IMG/VR virus record: IMGVR_UViG_3300048672_001051
Span: 62,001-126,000 of that record
DNA: 64,000 nt
Direction: 5' to 3' (one strand)
Shown here: piece after piece, positions 10,701-19,517 of the stretch
How positions within the stretch are numbered: the stretch's first letter is position 1
How the letters are laid out: every line of letters starts with the position of its first letter
The notes under the pieces: model-generated
What the model was told of the DNA's origin: nothing
The model's database searches: none
Seen by the model: the letters and a program-made list of their open reading frames with translations, nothing else
Program-made: the position numbers and the translations under genes

Positions 10701-12360
10701 AGATTACGTTGTAGTTAAAGAAGTTTTAGGAGTTTCCAGCAATTAAGATTATTTTAAGTGGGCTTGTAAAGTCAACACCACTGTGCTTATACCTACCGGT
10801 AGAAGCCCCGATAGTGTCAGCTGGAGTAGGCACACGGCCATCCTCCCGAACCATAGACAAATATCCAGTTAGCGGCTCGCCAGATTCATCTTCACTGCCA
10901 CCTGCAATGCTTGCACGTCTATGTTTATAAGTAAGATACTTATTAACAGCACCGACAAACTCTGCATCAGCTCCAATCTTTTCTAAGTTTGGACATATAA
11001 CCTTTTCAGTACCAACACGTAAGCATGGGCCTGTAGGCACTCGTAGAGGCTTGTTAGGGCTTTGACGGTACTTAGCCATCAAGTCATACTTTAAAGACTG
11101 TGGCTTCGATTTGAGCAGCGCTAGACGAGCCTCTCGGAAAGGACCATTAAGAGTACTCTCAACATACCTATCAATTACTTCTACAACTTTATTAGGATGT
11201 AATTTTTGTTTCTTAGCGTCTTTAGTAACATCACGCTCTTTCCACTCAAATGGATCCCAGCCTAAAGTAATTAGATAAGCTTTTAAATGGTCTAAATCTT
11301 TGATAGTTGCAGTTGTTGTTTCTTTAACACAACCTTCATAAGGAAGTTGATATTCTTTATCTTCGAAAATGTAAACATTTTCATCAGTAATAGTACCACC
11401 ATGCTTTTCTGCAAATTTTAACATTATTGCAGACACTGAACCATCAGCTTTAAATTGACGTTTAGGTAAAGTATAAACTTTCTGTTCACCTTTATTTAAA
11501 CGCTTGTCTGGAAGTATAGGATTTACAAATTCTTCAATATCATGAAGAACTTTATCAAACTTTACTAAACAATCTTTAGCCTTTTCAGTATCATATTCAA
11601 AACCAAATAACTCTTGTTTTAAAGTAATATCTGCAAGTTTAATTTCCATCGCGTAAGCTTTACCCCAAGCCCAGCCATCTTTTTCAGATTCAAGTATATT
11701 ATAAATATCTATGTTTACAAGCGTATCTTGTAAACAATACGTAACCATCTTATAAGAATAATTTTCAAATTCGTGGAAATCGCCTTTATAATTACCAATC
11801 TGTTTACCCCAAGCGCCTAAGCCATGCCCGAATATACGGTCAGGATTTAGTAGCTTAGACCAAAGTAAAGTATCAGTAAATACTATAGGAGTACCGAAAA
11901 CTTTAGAGACAGTTTTATATTTAGAACCACCAGTATCTGGATACCCAACTTCATATTCAATCATGTCAAATAATTGAAGAGTTGGCATGTCAAATTTAAT
12001 ACCATTATGAAAAATTAATTCTTCTGGTTCAAATTTTTTAAAAAACTTTTCAAGGTTTTGTTTAGTTAACACTACTTTTTTAATTGAATTATAAAGTATA
12101 CCATCTTGATCTGGAACTATACGTTCAGCTAGACAACTTTTAATCTCATCGAAATAAGATTCAATTTTTGTAATAGGTGCTTTATAACTCATAAATTCTT
12201 TTGGAATAAAAGCAAAAGAATTTCTAGTGTCAACACAAGTAACCATAACGACATGTAGCTTAGCAGTCGGTTTTAAAGTGTACGGCATTGTAGCATATGA
12301 TAACATATTAGCTAGTAAATTGTTAGACTCTATGTCTAAAACAACTTTTTTGAACATCAA
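7787..12360 (-). CDS. polA: family A DNA polymerase, three exons (12360-10775, 10440-8871, 8050-7787), containing an intein
   Basis: Exo I LDIES, motif A DFASLEAR, motif B RDAAKSFTYAVLYG, motif C YH|DE restored by splicing. Joined exons total 3420 nt (1139 aa, 821 aa after intein removal). Confidence 0.93.
8051..8870 (-). mobile_element. group I intron (polA intron 2, 820 nt) with HNH homing endonuclease
   Basis: 5' splice site after ...TACCAT (U.G with guide GTGG); terminal G before GATGAA; P10 TTCATT/GATGAA; P ATTGACTGGAAAC, Q AATCAGCAGC, R GTTCAACGGCCA, S GATATGGTCT. Confidence 0.92.
8238..8723 (-). CDS. intron-encoded HNH homing endonuclease (I-HmuI-like)
   Basis: [37 protein letters not shown] motif. 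Confidence 0.9.
   Translation of the reverse strand: [161 protein letters not shown]
9291..10244 (-). mobile_element. intein in polA (318 aa) with LAGLIDADG-type endonuclease domain
   Basis: H|CFSEDTQILTSTGWK, block B VTPEH, LAVAVQADAY and QFWDG motifs, C-terminal FVSGN|C; removal restores NSIHCINARKLG. Confidence 0.92.
10441..10774 (-). mobile_element. group I intron (polA intron 1, 334 nt, no ORF)
   Basis: Splicing gives HSGV-CNVPRV; P10 TTACAA pairs with 3' exon TTGTAA; P ATTGCTGGAAAC, Q AATCAGCCAC, R CTCAGAGACTAG, S AAGATATAGTCC; ends in G. Confidence 0.92.
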
Positions 12361-12411
12361 TCTTTCCTCATAGTTGTTAATTTTTCCAGAAACAACTTAG
12401 ATAATTTATTT

Positions 12412-13644
12412 TTAATAACGCATAATTGTAGGCCTGCATATATCACAGTTGCCACAATTATTTGACTCTAGCTTTTGACCAAAATAGGCTAGAATTTGTT
12501 GTCGTCTGCAAACATTAGACGACGCAAAAGAATACATCTTAGATAACTTTTGTAATTTTCGATTATAACTTTCTGGATTTTTGGAATTTTGTTTAGCTAT
12601 AAATTTATGTTTATTATAATCCGCGGCAGAGTAAAACAAATAACTAGTGGCTGGTTGGCCATCTCTTGCGGCTCGCCCAACTTCTTGGGCCCAACCTTCT
12701 AGTGAGGTTGGTAAATCTGCGTGTATGACATACCGTACAGAACTTTTATCTATGCCCATACCAAAAGCAATTGTGGCGCAAATAACTTTAGTTTCGTCAT
12801 TTAGCCAACGTTGTAGTATGTCATTTTTGTCTGATGTTTTTAAAGAAGCATTATAAGGCTCTGCAGTTATCCCCATACTTTGTAAGTATTTTGCAAGCTC
12901 TAGTGTGCTATCTTTTGTATAACAATAGACAATACCTGTAGTTTCAGGCGGATAAGTTTTAATTATTCTATATATTTTATAATTTATATCGCTAGTTTTT
13001 AAATAGCAGCCATAATAAATACTTGGCCTGTCAAAAGAATGCTCATAATACTTACAATTGTAAAGCTGTAAAACATTATGAATGTCCATTTTAGTATTTG
13101 GATCCGCAGTAGCAGTTAATGCAATAACATTTACAGGTAAAACTTGACGAATATCTTTTACCGCTTTATATGCTTTTCTGAAATCATGACCATAACTTGA
13201 AATACAATGAGCTTCATCGAAAGCTATAAAGCTAACTTTAATAGTTTGTAATAATTCTAACATATCGGTTGTCATTAGAGTTTCAGGTGCAACATAAAGT
13301 ATTTTTATAGTGCCGTCTCTAATTTTTTGCAAGGCTTCTCGACGAGCTTTAACGCCGAGAGTGCTATTAACCGTTATTGATTGTATGCCTTTTAATTCTA
13401 AAGAATTTATTTGATCTGTCATAAGAGCAATTAACGGTGATACGACTATAGCCATACCTTCTGTCATTAAAGCTGAAACTTGAAAAACAACCGATTTGCC
13501 GAGAGAAGTTGGTGCCAGAAATAAGACATCATTTCCATTAACAACATCGTATATTGCTTGTAATTGTTGACCTCTAAACTCTTTGTGACCCCAATATTGG
13601 AGTAACAAAGCTTTAGCTTCTTGTTCAAACAATTGAAAATTCAA
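12412..13644 (-). CDS. recQ: RecQ-family DNA helicase
   Basis: PTSLGKS, DEAHCISSYGHDFR, ALTATA, ATIAFGMGIDK, QEVGRAARDG, and the RQC zinc motif CRR...CGNCDIC. Confidence 0.93.
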   Translation of the reverse strand: MNFQLFEQEAKALLLQYWGHKEFRGQQLQAIYDVVNGNDVLFLAPTSLGKSVVFQVSALMTEGMAIVVSPLIALMTDQINSLELKGIQSITVNSTLGVKARREALQKIRDGTIKILYVAPETLMTTDMLELLQTIKVSFIAFDEAHCISSYGHDFRKAYKAVKDIRQVLPVNVIALTATADPNTKMDIHNVLQLYNCKYYEHSFDRPSIYYGCYLKTSDINYKIYRIIKTYPPETTGIVYCYTKDSTLELAKYLQSMGITAEPYNASLKTSDKNDILQRWLNDETKVICATIAFGMGIDKSSVRYVIHADLPTSLEGWAQEVGRAARDGQPATSYLFYSAADYNKHKFIAKQNSKNPESYNRKLQKLSKMYSFASSNVCRRQQILAYFGQKLESNNCGNCDICRPTIMRY

Positions 13645-13683
13645 TTTATATATTTAATTAAAAATTATATATCTGTAGGTGTA

Positions 13684-13887
13684 TTAACAATATAAGCTAC
13701 ACTGCGAGCAAGGGCAACTTAAAGCATGAACACATACACTGTTATTTAATTTGTTTACACCAGATCCTTGACACAAAGAACATTGTCTGTGTAAACATTT
13801 ATTGTTTAATTTATTAGGCGTTAAATTTAATTTCAGTAAGTCCGGAATCATAGACTTTAAGATATCCTGCATTTTCCATATTCTCAT
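13684..13887 (-). CDS. small Cys-rich hypothetical protein
   Basis: 67 aa with CSLC and CPCSQC; overlaps the upstream gene, so the start is uncertain. Confidence 0.4.
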   Translation of the reverse strand: MRIWKMQDILKSMIPDLLKLNLTPNKLNNKCLHRQCSLCQGSGVNKLNNSVCVHALSCPCSQCSLYC

Positions 13888-15508
13888 TTTCTGTTAAACT
13901 TGAATTAAATGTATCAAGCAACTTAGGTAGTAAATTTTTTTGAGTTTGATTTCTAGATAAGTATGTTAAATTTTTTAAATTAACCCAATAATATCTTAGA
14001 CTTACAAATTCACCGTCTACAATAGATCCAGTATCATTTGTAGTTTGATATACAAAATCACCGCGAGACTTGTAAATATTTTTAGATATTTTACTCAAAC
14101 CTCCGACTACACAATAATCTTTTAAAGTACTAATACGTTGAAGCTTTAACTTAAAAAGTTTAGAGGCTTGGTCGTAATATTCTCCAAAAGTAGCTACCAA
14201 GTATAGAATATTATTTTTATCATAAAGGCCGTAAGAAAAAGGATTTTTATAAAAAACATTAAAGCCTTCAAAATGATTTTCTATATGAAAATCTTTAGCT
14301 AGGTCATTAGTTATTAACCTAAGTTCTAACTTTCGGGCAAATACTCTAGTAGATAATTGTAAACAATGTTTAATTAAAGAAAAATACTTATCTTTATTAT
14401 GTAAGTATTTGAAATCATAGATACTTATTAAACGTATGCCTTGCGATTTACAAGCTAACCATTTTGAATAATGGTACTTAAAATCTTTAGAAGTTTTTAA
14501 AGCAAAAGAATTACAGTATAAGCTCCTAGAGCTGTGATGATATAAAGTACCATTATACTCAATTGCTAAATTATACTCTGGAATAAAAATATCTAACTCT
14601 TTACCTGCAAGCCATTCAGGTCTATAACTAGTTAAAATTTCAGTATTAACTAAACTTTTAATGTAATCAACTATTTCAGTTTCAGATTTAGATACGCCAA
14701 CATGTTGACATTTTAAACATCCTAAATGACCTGCTAAATGAGTTTTAGGAGTTTGCTCAAAAAAAGCACCATGTTGATTACAATACAAGGTTACTTTTAA
14801 GTTATTGTAATTACCATAATTAACTAAAGAGTAATTGTATTTATTATCGTACACAGTTTTACTTTTTAATATAAAATCTGCTGTTGTTAAATACTTAGAC
14901 TTATATAAGCAAAATCTACAGCCTGAATGTTCTATAAAATGAGTTCTAAAGTTTACAAACAAATCCCCGTGTACAGGGCAAGTAATAGTTACATCACTAG
15001 CTGTTGATTTATAAGTCTGTAAAACTTTAGAATAATCATACTTATTATTAAAAAATTCTGAAGCGGTTTTGATATGTTGGTTAATAGCAGATTCTGGTAG
15101 CTGTCTGCGCTTATTAAAACAATGCTTACAACCTACACCTTTTAAATGATCTTGTATTTTTAATTTAAAAACACCGTGAGTTTTACAAGTAACATCCACA
15201 GAAGATCTTACTTTAAGATCTTCTGTAAAAGTATAACTAAAAACATCGCCATGAAGCTCTCTAAAGCGCTGTACTAGCTCTTCAGCTGTTGTAGTGCTAG
15301 GTCTGCCTGTGCGCCTTGTCAGAGCGCACTGAGGGCATCCTGAGAGCTTAGAAAGATGATCATTAGGTGTGACATAAAAATATTCATGCAATGGGCATAA
15401 AATTTTTACTTTAGTTTTTGAATTTAAATAGACAACAGCGTCATAATTATAAAAATTATTATGTAATAAATTAGCTTTTTCAATAAAAGCAAAAGTCTTA
15501 TCAGTCAT
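13814..15508 (-). CDS. free-standing putative homing endonuclease with repeated C-x2-H...G-C-x2-C modules
   Basis: Four repeats (CPLH..GCPQC, CKTH..GCKHC, CPVH..GCRFC, CNQH..GCLKC) followed by ELDIFIPEYNLAIEYNG (PD-(D/E)xK/Vsr-like). Confidence 0.7.
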   Translation of the reverse strand: MTDKTFAFIEKANLLHNNFYNYDAVVYLNSKTKVKILCPLHEYFYVTPNDHLSKLSGCPQCALTRRTGRPSTTTAEELVQRFRELHGDVFSYTFTEDLKVRSSVDVTCKTHGVFKLKIQDHLKGVGCKHCFNKRRQLPESAINQHIKTASEFFNNKYDYSKVLQTYKSTASDVTITCPVHGDLFVNFRTHFIEHSGCRFCLYKSKYLTTADFILKSKTVYDNKYNYSLVNYGNYNNLKVTLYCNQHGAFFEQTPKTHLAGHLGCLKCQHVGVSKSETEIVDYIKSLVNTEILTSYRPEWLAGKELDIFIPEYNLAIEYNGTLYHHSSRSLYCNSFALKTSKDFKYHYSKWLACKSQGIRLISIYDFKYLHNKDKYFSLIKHCLQLSTRVFARKLELRLITNDLAKDFHIENHFEGFNVFYKNPFSYGLYDKNNILYLVATFGEYYDQASKLFKLKLQRISTLKDYCVVGGLSKISKNIYKSRGDFVYQTTNDTGSIVDGEFVSLRYYWVNLKNLTYLSRNQTQKNLLPKLLDTFNSSLTENENMENAGYLKVYDSGLTEIKFNA

Positions 15509-17255
15509 AGTCTGAAGTTACAAATAACTCTGGGTGTTCTGTCATGTAGACTTCAAAATCGTGTAACGTGTGCGTAGAATTTTCATAAAAGAAACATCCT
15601 GCATCACCAGTGATACCTGTCTGACGATTTTTAGATGCATACATGCAAGTCTTATTTTTCTCAATAGGGTCGTCTGAATACTTATTACGCGTAAATAATA
15701 GGTTGAAAGAAGCTGATTTAAAAATAGTACTACTGCCAGCGAAGTCTTCTTCCGTAATAAATGCCCCAGCACTGTTAGACTCTTTACCAGTAGGAGATTT
15801 TCTAACATGATTAATATTAATAAAAATAATACCAAAAGATTTAATCATCTCTTTCATCCATTTTAAAAATACCTCTTGAGCATCGTTCGACATACCAGCC
15901 ATCAAATCTTGTAACGGATCAATAATAATAACCTTACAGTCACATTGTATAATAAGTTGTTGGATCAACTCTTTCATACGTTCTACGTCACCATCGCGCT
16001 CTTCAATTAAGTGAAAGCGATCTTGCCCATCAGGTGTGGTGTGAAGCGTCTGTATGGCTGCTACAACATCAGGCTGCTGTAAGTAAGCTACAGCGTCATC
16101 TGGATTAACAAATAAGTTTAATTTTTTACTCAAATGTCGTGAAACAAGTGCACCACCGTACTGGCCACTATCCAATTCCATTGAGATGATACCAACTTTA
16201 TAAGGACTATTAAAAATCCAATAATAAATCATCTCATTTACAAAAGTTGTTTTACCACAGCCCGAAGCTGCACCTAAGTTCATTATACTGCCAACTTTTA
16301 AACCACCACAAAGCATCTCTTGTATCTTATGCATGAAGGGTGGAAATGGCAATTTAGGTGTTTGTATATCTTTTATAATTTCGTCATAAAGACCAGAAGA
16401 ACCTCTAATACCATTAGGATTATAAGGCTTAGCTTTAAAAAAAGCATTTATAAACTCTTTTTCTAAATTTTCTGTTAACATTTTGTTAGCGTCTTTTTTA
16501 GAAAACTCCATAACTAATACTTTACCCTTAGGTAAAACAGAAATTATATTTGGAATAGAAGCTTGGCCAGCTTTATCTTGATCAACACACAGAATGATCC
16601 GATCAAATCTATTTAGGTATTCATACTGGTGTTTAAATTGTTTATAACCACCAGAACCGACTGTAGAAGAAACACAAGGTGTTGGTGGATAATCTTTAGC
16701 TAATGGTAGCAACATCTGGTAAGCTGACAAAGCATCAAGTTCACCTTCAGTTATTAAAATAGATTTAGCTAAAGATTTTTTAAACACAGACTGCCCAAAT
16801 AGTTCAGTTGTGTCAATTTTATTACTACCTTCAGCATAAAAGTTTTTAGGCTCTGCAACTTTAACTTTCATGCCGCAAAAATCTGTTGCGCTGGATAGTG
16901 GATAAAATTGTTTTACAACTTGGCCAGTCTCTTCATTAAACTGATGATAAACGTGATACACATCGCAAGTATTTTGTGTCAAGCCTCTATAACCACGAGG
17001 GTTTGTGCTTGTTTGTTTTTTTAAATCATTCCAGTTGTCTTTCGTAAAAGAACTCAAATTATCACTCTCATATATAGGAAGTTCAATAATTTCATCTTTT
17101 AAATAGTCTGCAGAAATAACTCTATAATCACAATCTGCGGACCAACAATATTGCCCACCATTAGAATATATAGCTAAATTATTTTTAGAGGTGTCTCGGC
17201 CTTTTTCAGTACAACGAGGACAAGCCTCTTTTCTTACAACATAAGATTCAGTCAT
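15501..17255 (-). CDS. DNA primase-helicase (T7 gp4-like)
   Basis: N-terminal Zn finger CPRC...CWSADC, TOPRIM ITEGELDA and CVDQD, Walker A GAASGCGKT, IIIDPLQD, HVRK. Confidence 0.92.
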   Translation of the reverse strand: MTESYVVRKEACPRCTEKGRDTSKNNLAIYSNGGQYCWSADCDYRVISADYLKDEIIELPIYESDNLSSFTKDNWNDLKKQTSTNPRGYRGLTQNTCDVYHVYHQFNEETGQVVKQFYPLSSATDFCGMKVKVAEPKNFYAEGSNKIDTTELFGQSVFKKSLAKSILITEGELDALSAYQMLLPLAKDYPPTPCVSSTVGSGGYKQFKHQYEYLNRFDRIILCVDQDKAGQASIPNIISVLPKGKVLVMEFSKKDANKMLTENLEKEFINAFFKAKPYNPNGIRGSSGLYDEIIKDIQTPKLPFPPFMHKIQEMLCGGLKVGSIMNLGAASGCGKTTFVNEMIYYWIFNSPYKVGIISMELDSGQYGGALVSRHLSKKLNLFVNPDDAVAYLQQPDVVAAIQTLHTTPDGQDRFHLIEERDGDVERMKELIQQLIIQCDCKVIIIDPLQDLMAGMSNDAQEVFLKWMKEMIKSFGIIFININHVRKSPTGKESNSAGAFITEEDFAGSSTIFKSASFNLLFTRNKYSDDPIEKNKTCMYASKNRQTGITGDAGCFFYENSTHTLHDFEVYMTEHPELFVTSDYD

Positions 17256-17422
17256 TTAAACTTTAATATCTTTACAAATTATTTATTAGAGTTAAATTAT
17301 TTATACACTTTCTTTGTTAGTCCTCGATCGACAGTATTCCAAAGTAAATAAATAAATAACTCAATGTCCTCTAATAATATTTATAAAAGTATTATCGGAG
17401 GACATTTGTTTTCCAGTTTTAA

Positions 17423-18517
17423 TTAAAACGAGAAGTCTTCGTCATCATCTAAATCGTTAATTAAAGTTAAATTAACATAGTTAGTGATGTCTTGCTCTTG
17501 AGGGGAGCTTTGTGTTTTATTTATATCTAGCCAATTTTTAATAAAATTAAATGGCAACTTAGGTTCAGGAATACCTTGAACCAATCCAAAAGTCTTTTTA
17601 ACTTTATGTGAACAATAGACCACCCAAGCATTATTTAGTTCTTCGTTTACACCAACAAGTTGGCGACCTTCTGAAAATAGATAAGCGTTAAAGTCTAGCT
17701 CTGTTTGTTCACAGGCCGCTATAAGACTTTGGACTGTAGCTTTATGTTCTAGTAAAAATTGCTTTCCACGAGGAGTCTGCAATTCAATTCTAAAAAACTC
17801 TGCAAATAGTGTTGCATGGAATTGAGATTCGTCAAAAGCAATTTTTTGAACTAGTTGAGCTACAGGTATAAACCAATCGTTTTCTGCTAACGCAAATGTT
17901 GCAGAGAATGAAGCCATAAACTGGACTTGCTCTAGCAAATAAAAAGCAGTGCAAGCTAACATAATACGATTATAAAGAACTTGATCATTTTGAATAATGT
18001 CAAGCCCGTATTGATGTCCAGCTATTCTCAAATCTTCAAGATGTTCTAAAACAACATCAAGACGTTTTGTAATATGCTTATTCTGTTGAATCATTTCAAA
18101 GATTTCATTAGCGTTAGGCAAGCAAAGCCTTACAATTTCAGAATAAGTGGCAGCGTGTGTATTTTCCATTTCACCATTTCTATACAAAGCTCGCCAAAGT
18201 TCTGTATTAGTAATAAATGGGGCTAGCAAAGGTACGATGGTGCGAGAAGCTACAGTGTCACCAGACCATTGATAGGTTAAGTTAATCCAAAGTAGTTCTT
18301 TAATTGCAGTAGGAGCTATTGATAGCTGTTGAGGCACACTTGCTAAATCAACCTCATTCTCAGACCAATCTGCTGCTTTTTGTCCTTTAAAAATTTTAAA
18401 AAGTGAATCGTGTTTTTTATTAACAGTATCGAATAGCCCAGGGTATTGCCCTAATATTAAACTATTTTCACCAGTCTTCCACTCGGTGTTTTCGATGTTA
18501 AATATTTTTACACTCAT
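17423..18517 (-). CDS. nrdB: class Ia ribonucleotide reductase beta subunit
   Basis: WSENEV, ENTHAATYS, EQVQFMASF, DESQFH ferritin-like diiron motifs; acidic C-terminal tail. Confidence 0.92.
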   Translation of the reverse strand: MSVKIFNIENTEWKTGENSLILGQYPGLFDTVNKKHDSLFKIFKGQKAADWSENEVDLASVPQQLSIAPTAIKELLWINLTYQWSGDTVASRTIVPLLAPFITNTELWRALYRNGEMENTHAATYSEIVRLCLPNANEIFEMIQQNKHITKRLDVVLEHLEDLRIAGHQYGLDIIQNDQVLYNRIMLACTAFYLLEQVQFMASFSATFALAENDWFIPVAQLVQKIAFDESQFHATLFAEFFRIELQTPRGKQFLLEHKATVQSLIAACEQTELDFNAYLFSEGRQLVGVNEELNNAWVVYCSHKVKKTFGLVQGIPEPKLPFNFIKNWLDINKTQSSPQEQDITNYVNLTLINDLDDDEDFSF

Positions 18518-18532
18518 ATTTATACCAAAAGA

Positions 18533-18555
18533 TGTGAGCTTTTAAAAAGCTCACA
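18533..18555 (-). terminator. hairpin/terminator between nrdA and nrdB
   Basis: TGTGAGCTTTT/AAAAGCTCACA inverted repeat followed by TCTTTT on the minus strand. Confidence 0.6.
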
Positions 18556-18566
18556 GATCATTTATT

Positions 18567-19517
18567 TTAGAGTGCGCAAGCGCCGCTCTCACAGCCTGAA
18601 GCTGTTTTGTCAGAATCTTCTGCGGAGTCAGTATCTTCTTCAGCATCAGTATCCATTACTGTATAGTAACTAGTTTTCAAACCCATCTTAAAAAAATAAG
18701 CAAGTTCTGCTATAGACTCTCTTAAAGATCTAGTTTTTTTATCACCACGCATATCATAATAAGTATCTGCACTGATAGCTTGACCACAAAATTTTTGAAC
18801 GATTGCATAACAATCAATCATATCATAATAAGGAATATCATATCCAAATTCATAATAACTTTGTAAACGTTCGTACTCAGGTGCAATAAAAATATTCGTA
18901 TAACTGTTATCTGTTTTTACTAAAGTTGGTCTACGTATTGGGTAAAGACCGTTTGTACTATTAGTAGCCTTACTAGAAGCTTCACATGGCATGAAAGCCT
19001 CAAGAACACTAAAAGCAATACCACCTTGTGCAATTATGCCGGCACGTAAAGTTTCCCAATCATATCGTAATTCAAAATTAGCAATTCCATCAACATTTTT
19101 ATTATAAGTGTCAATAGGTAGCCAACCCTGAGGATACTTAGTCTTATGAATCCAGGGAGCATTGCCGTATTTTATTGCAATATCTAAAGCAGCTTTATGT
19201 AGAAAGTAACTATGTCTTTCAGCAATAAAGTGTAAAAATACTTTACCTTCTTTAGAAGTATAATATTTTTTATTACGAGCCATGCAATAAGCAAGATTAG
19301 TAACACCAATCCCTACAGACATTCTATTTTTAGTAGTATAACCTACACGCGGTAAAGTATATTCTGTACCTAAGATGACTGCTCGAGCAGTCATCAACAT
19401 TGTATAACATTTTTTGTAATACTCTTCGTCTGTATAATCTTTGTGTAGATTAATAGCGCCAATATTACAAATAGCAATTTCATTTTTAAATGATTTTGAA
19501 ATAATTTTCTTAGACAA
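18567..19517 (-). CDS. nrdA: ribonucleotide reductase alpha subunit, C-terminal part
   Basis: EIAICNIG, GIGVTNL, AFMPCEASS, LKTSYY, C-terminal CESGAC; TTG start with GGTGA 5 nt upstream. Confidence 0.88.
   Translation of the reverse strand: MSKKIISKSFKNEIAICNIGAINLHKDYTDEEYYKKCYTMLMTARAVILGTEYTLPRVGYTTKNRMSVGIGVTNLAYCMARNKKYYTSKEGKVFLHFIAERHSYFLHKAALDIAIKYGNAPWIHKTKYPQGWLPIDTYNKNVDGIANFELRYDWETLRAGIIAQGGIAFSVLEAFMPCEASSKATNSTNGLYPIRRPTLVKTDNSYTNIFIAPEYERLQSYYEFGYDIPYYDMIDCYAIVQKFCGQAISADTYYDMRGDKKTRSLRESIAELAYFFKMGLKTSYYTVMDTDAEEDTDSAEDSDKTASGCESGACAL

Noticed and set aside
19510-19517. Intron or functional split intein at the nrdA break
   Set aside because: The ORFs overlap with no room for an intron, and there is no nucleophilic Cys1/Ser1 start or terminal Asn plus Cys/Ser/Thr. 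The Cys in SNLC is the catalytic residue.
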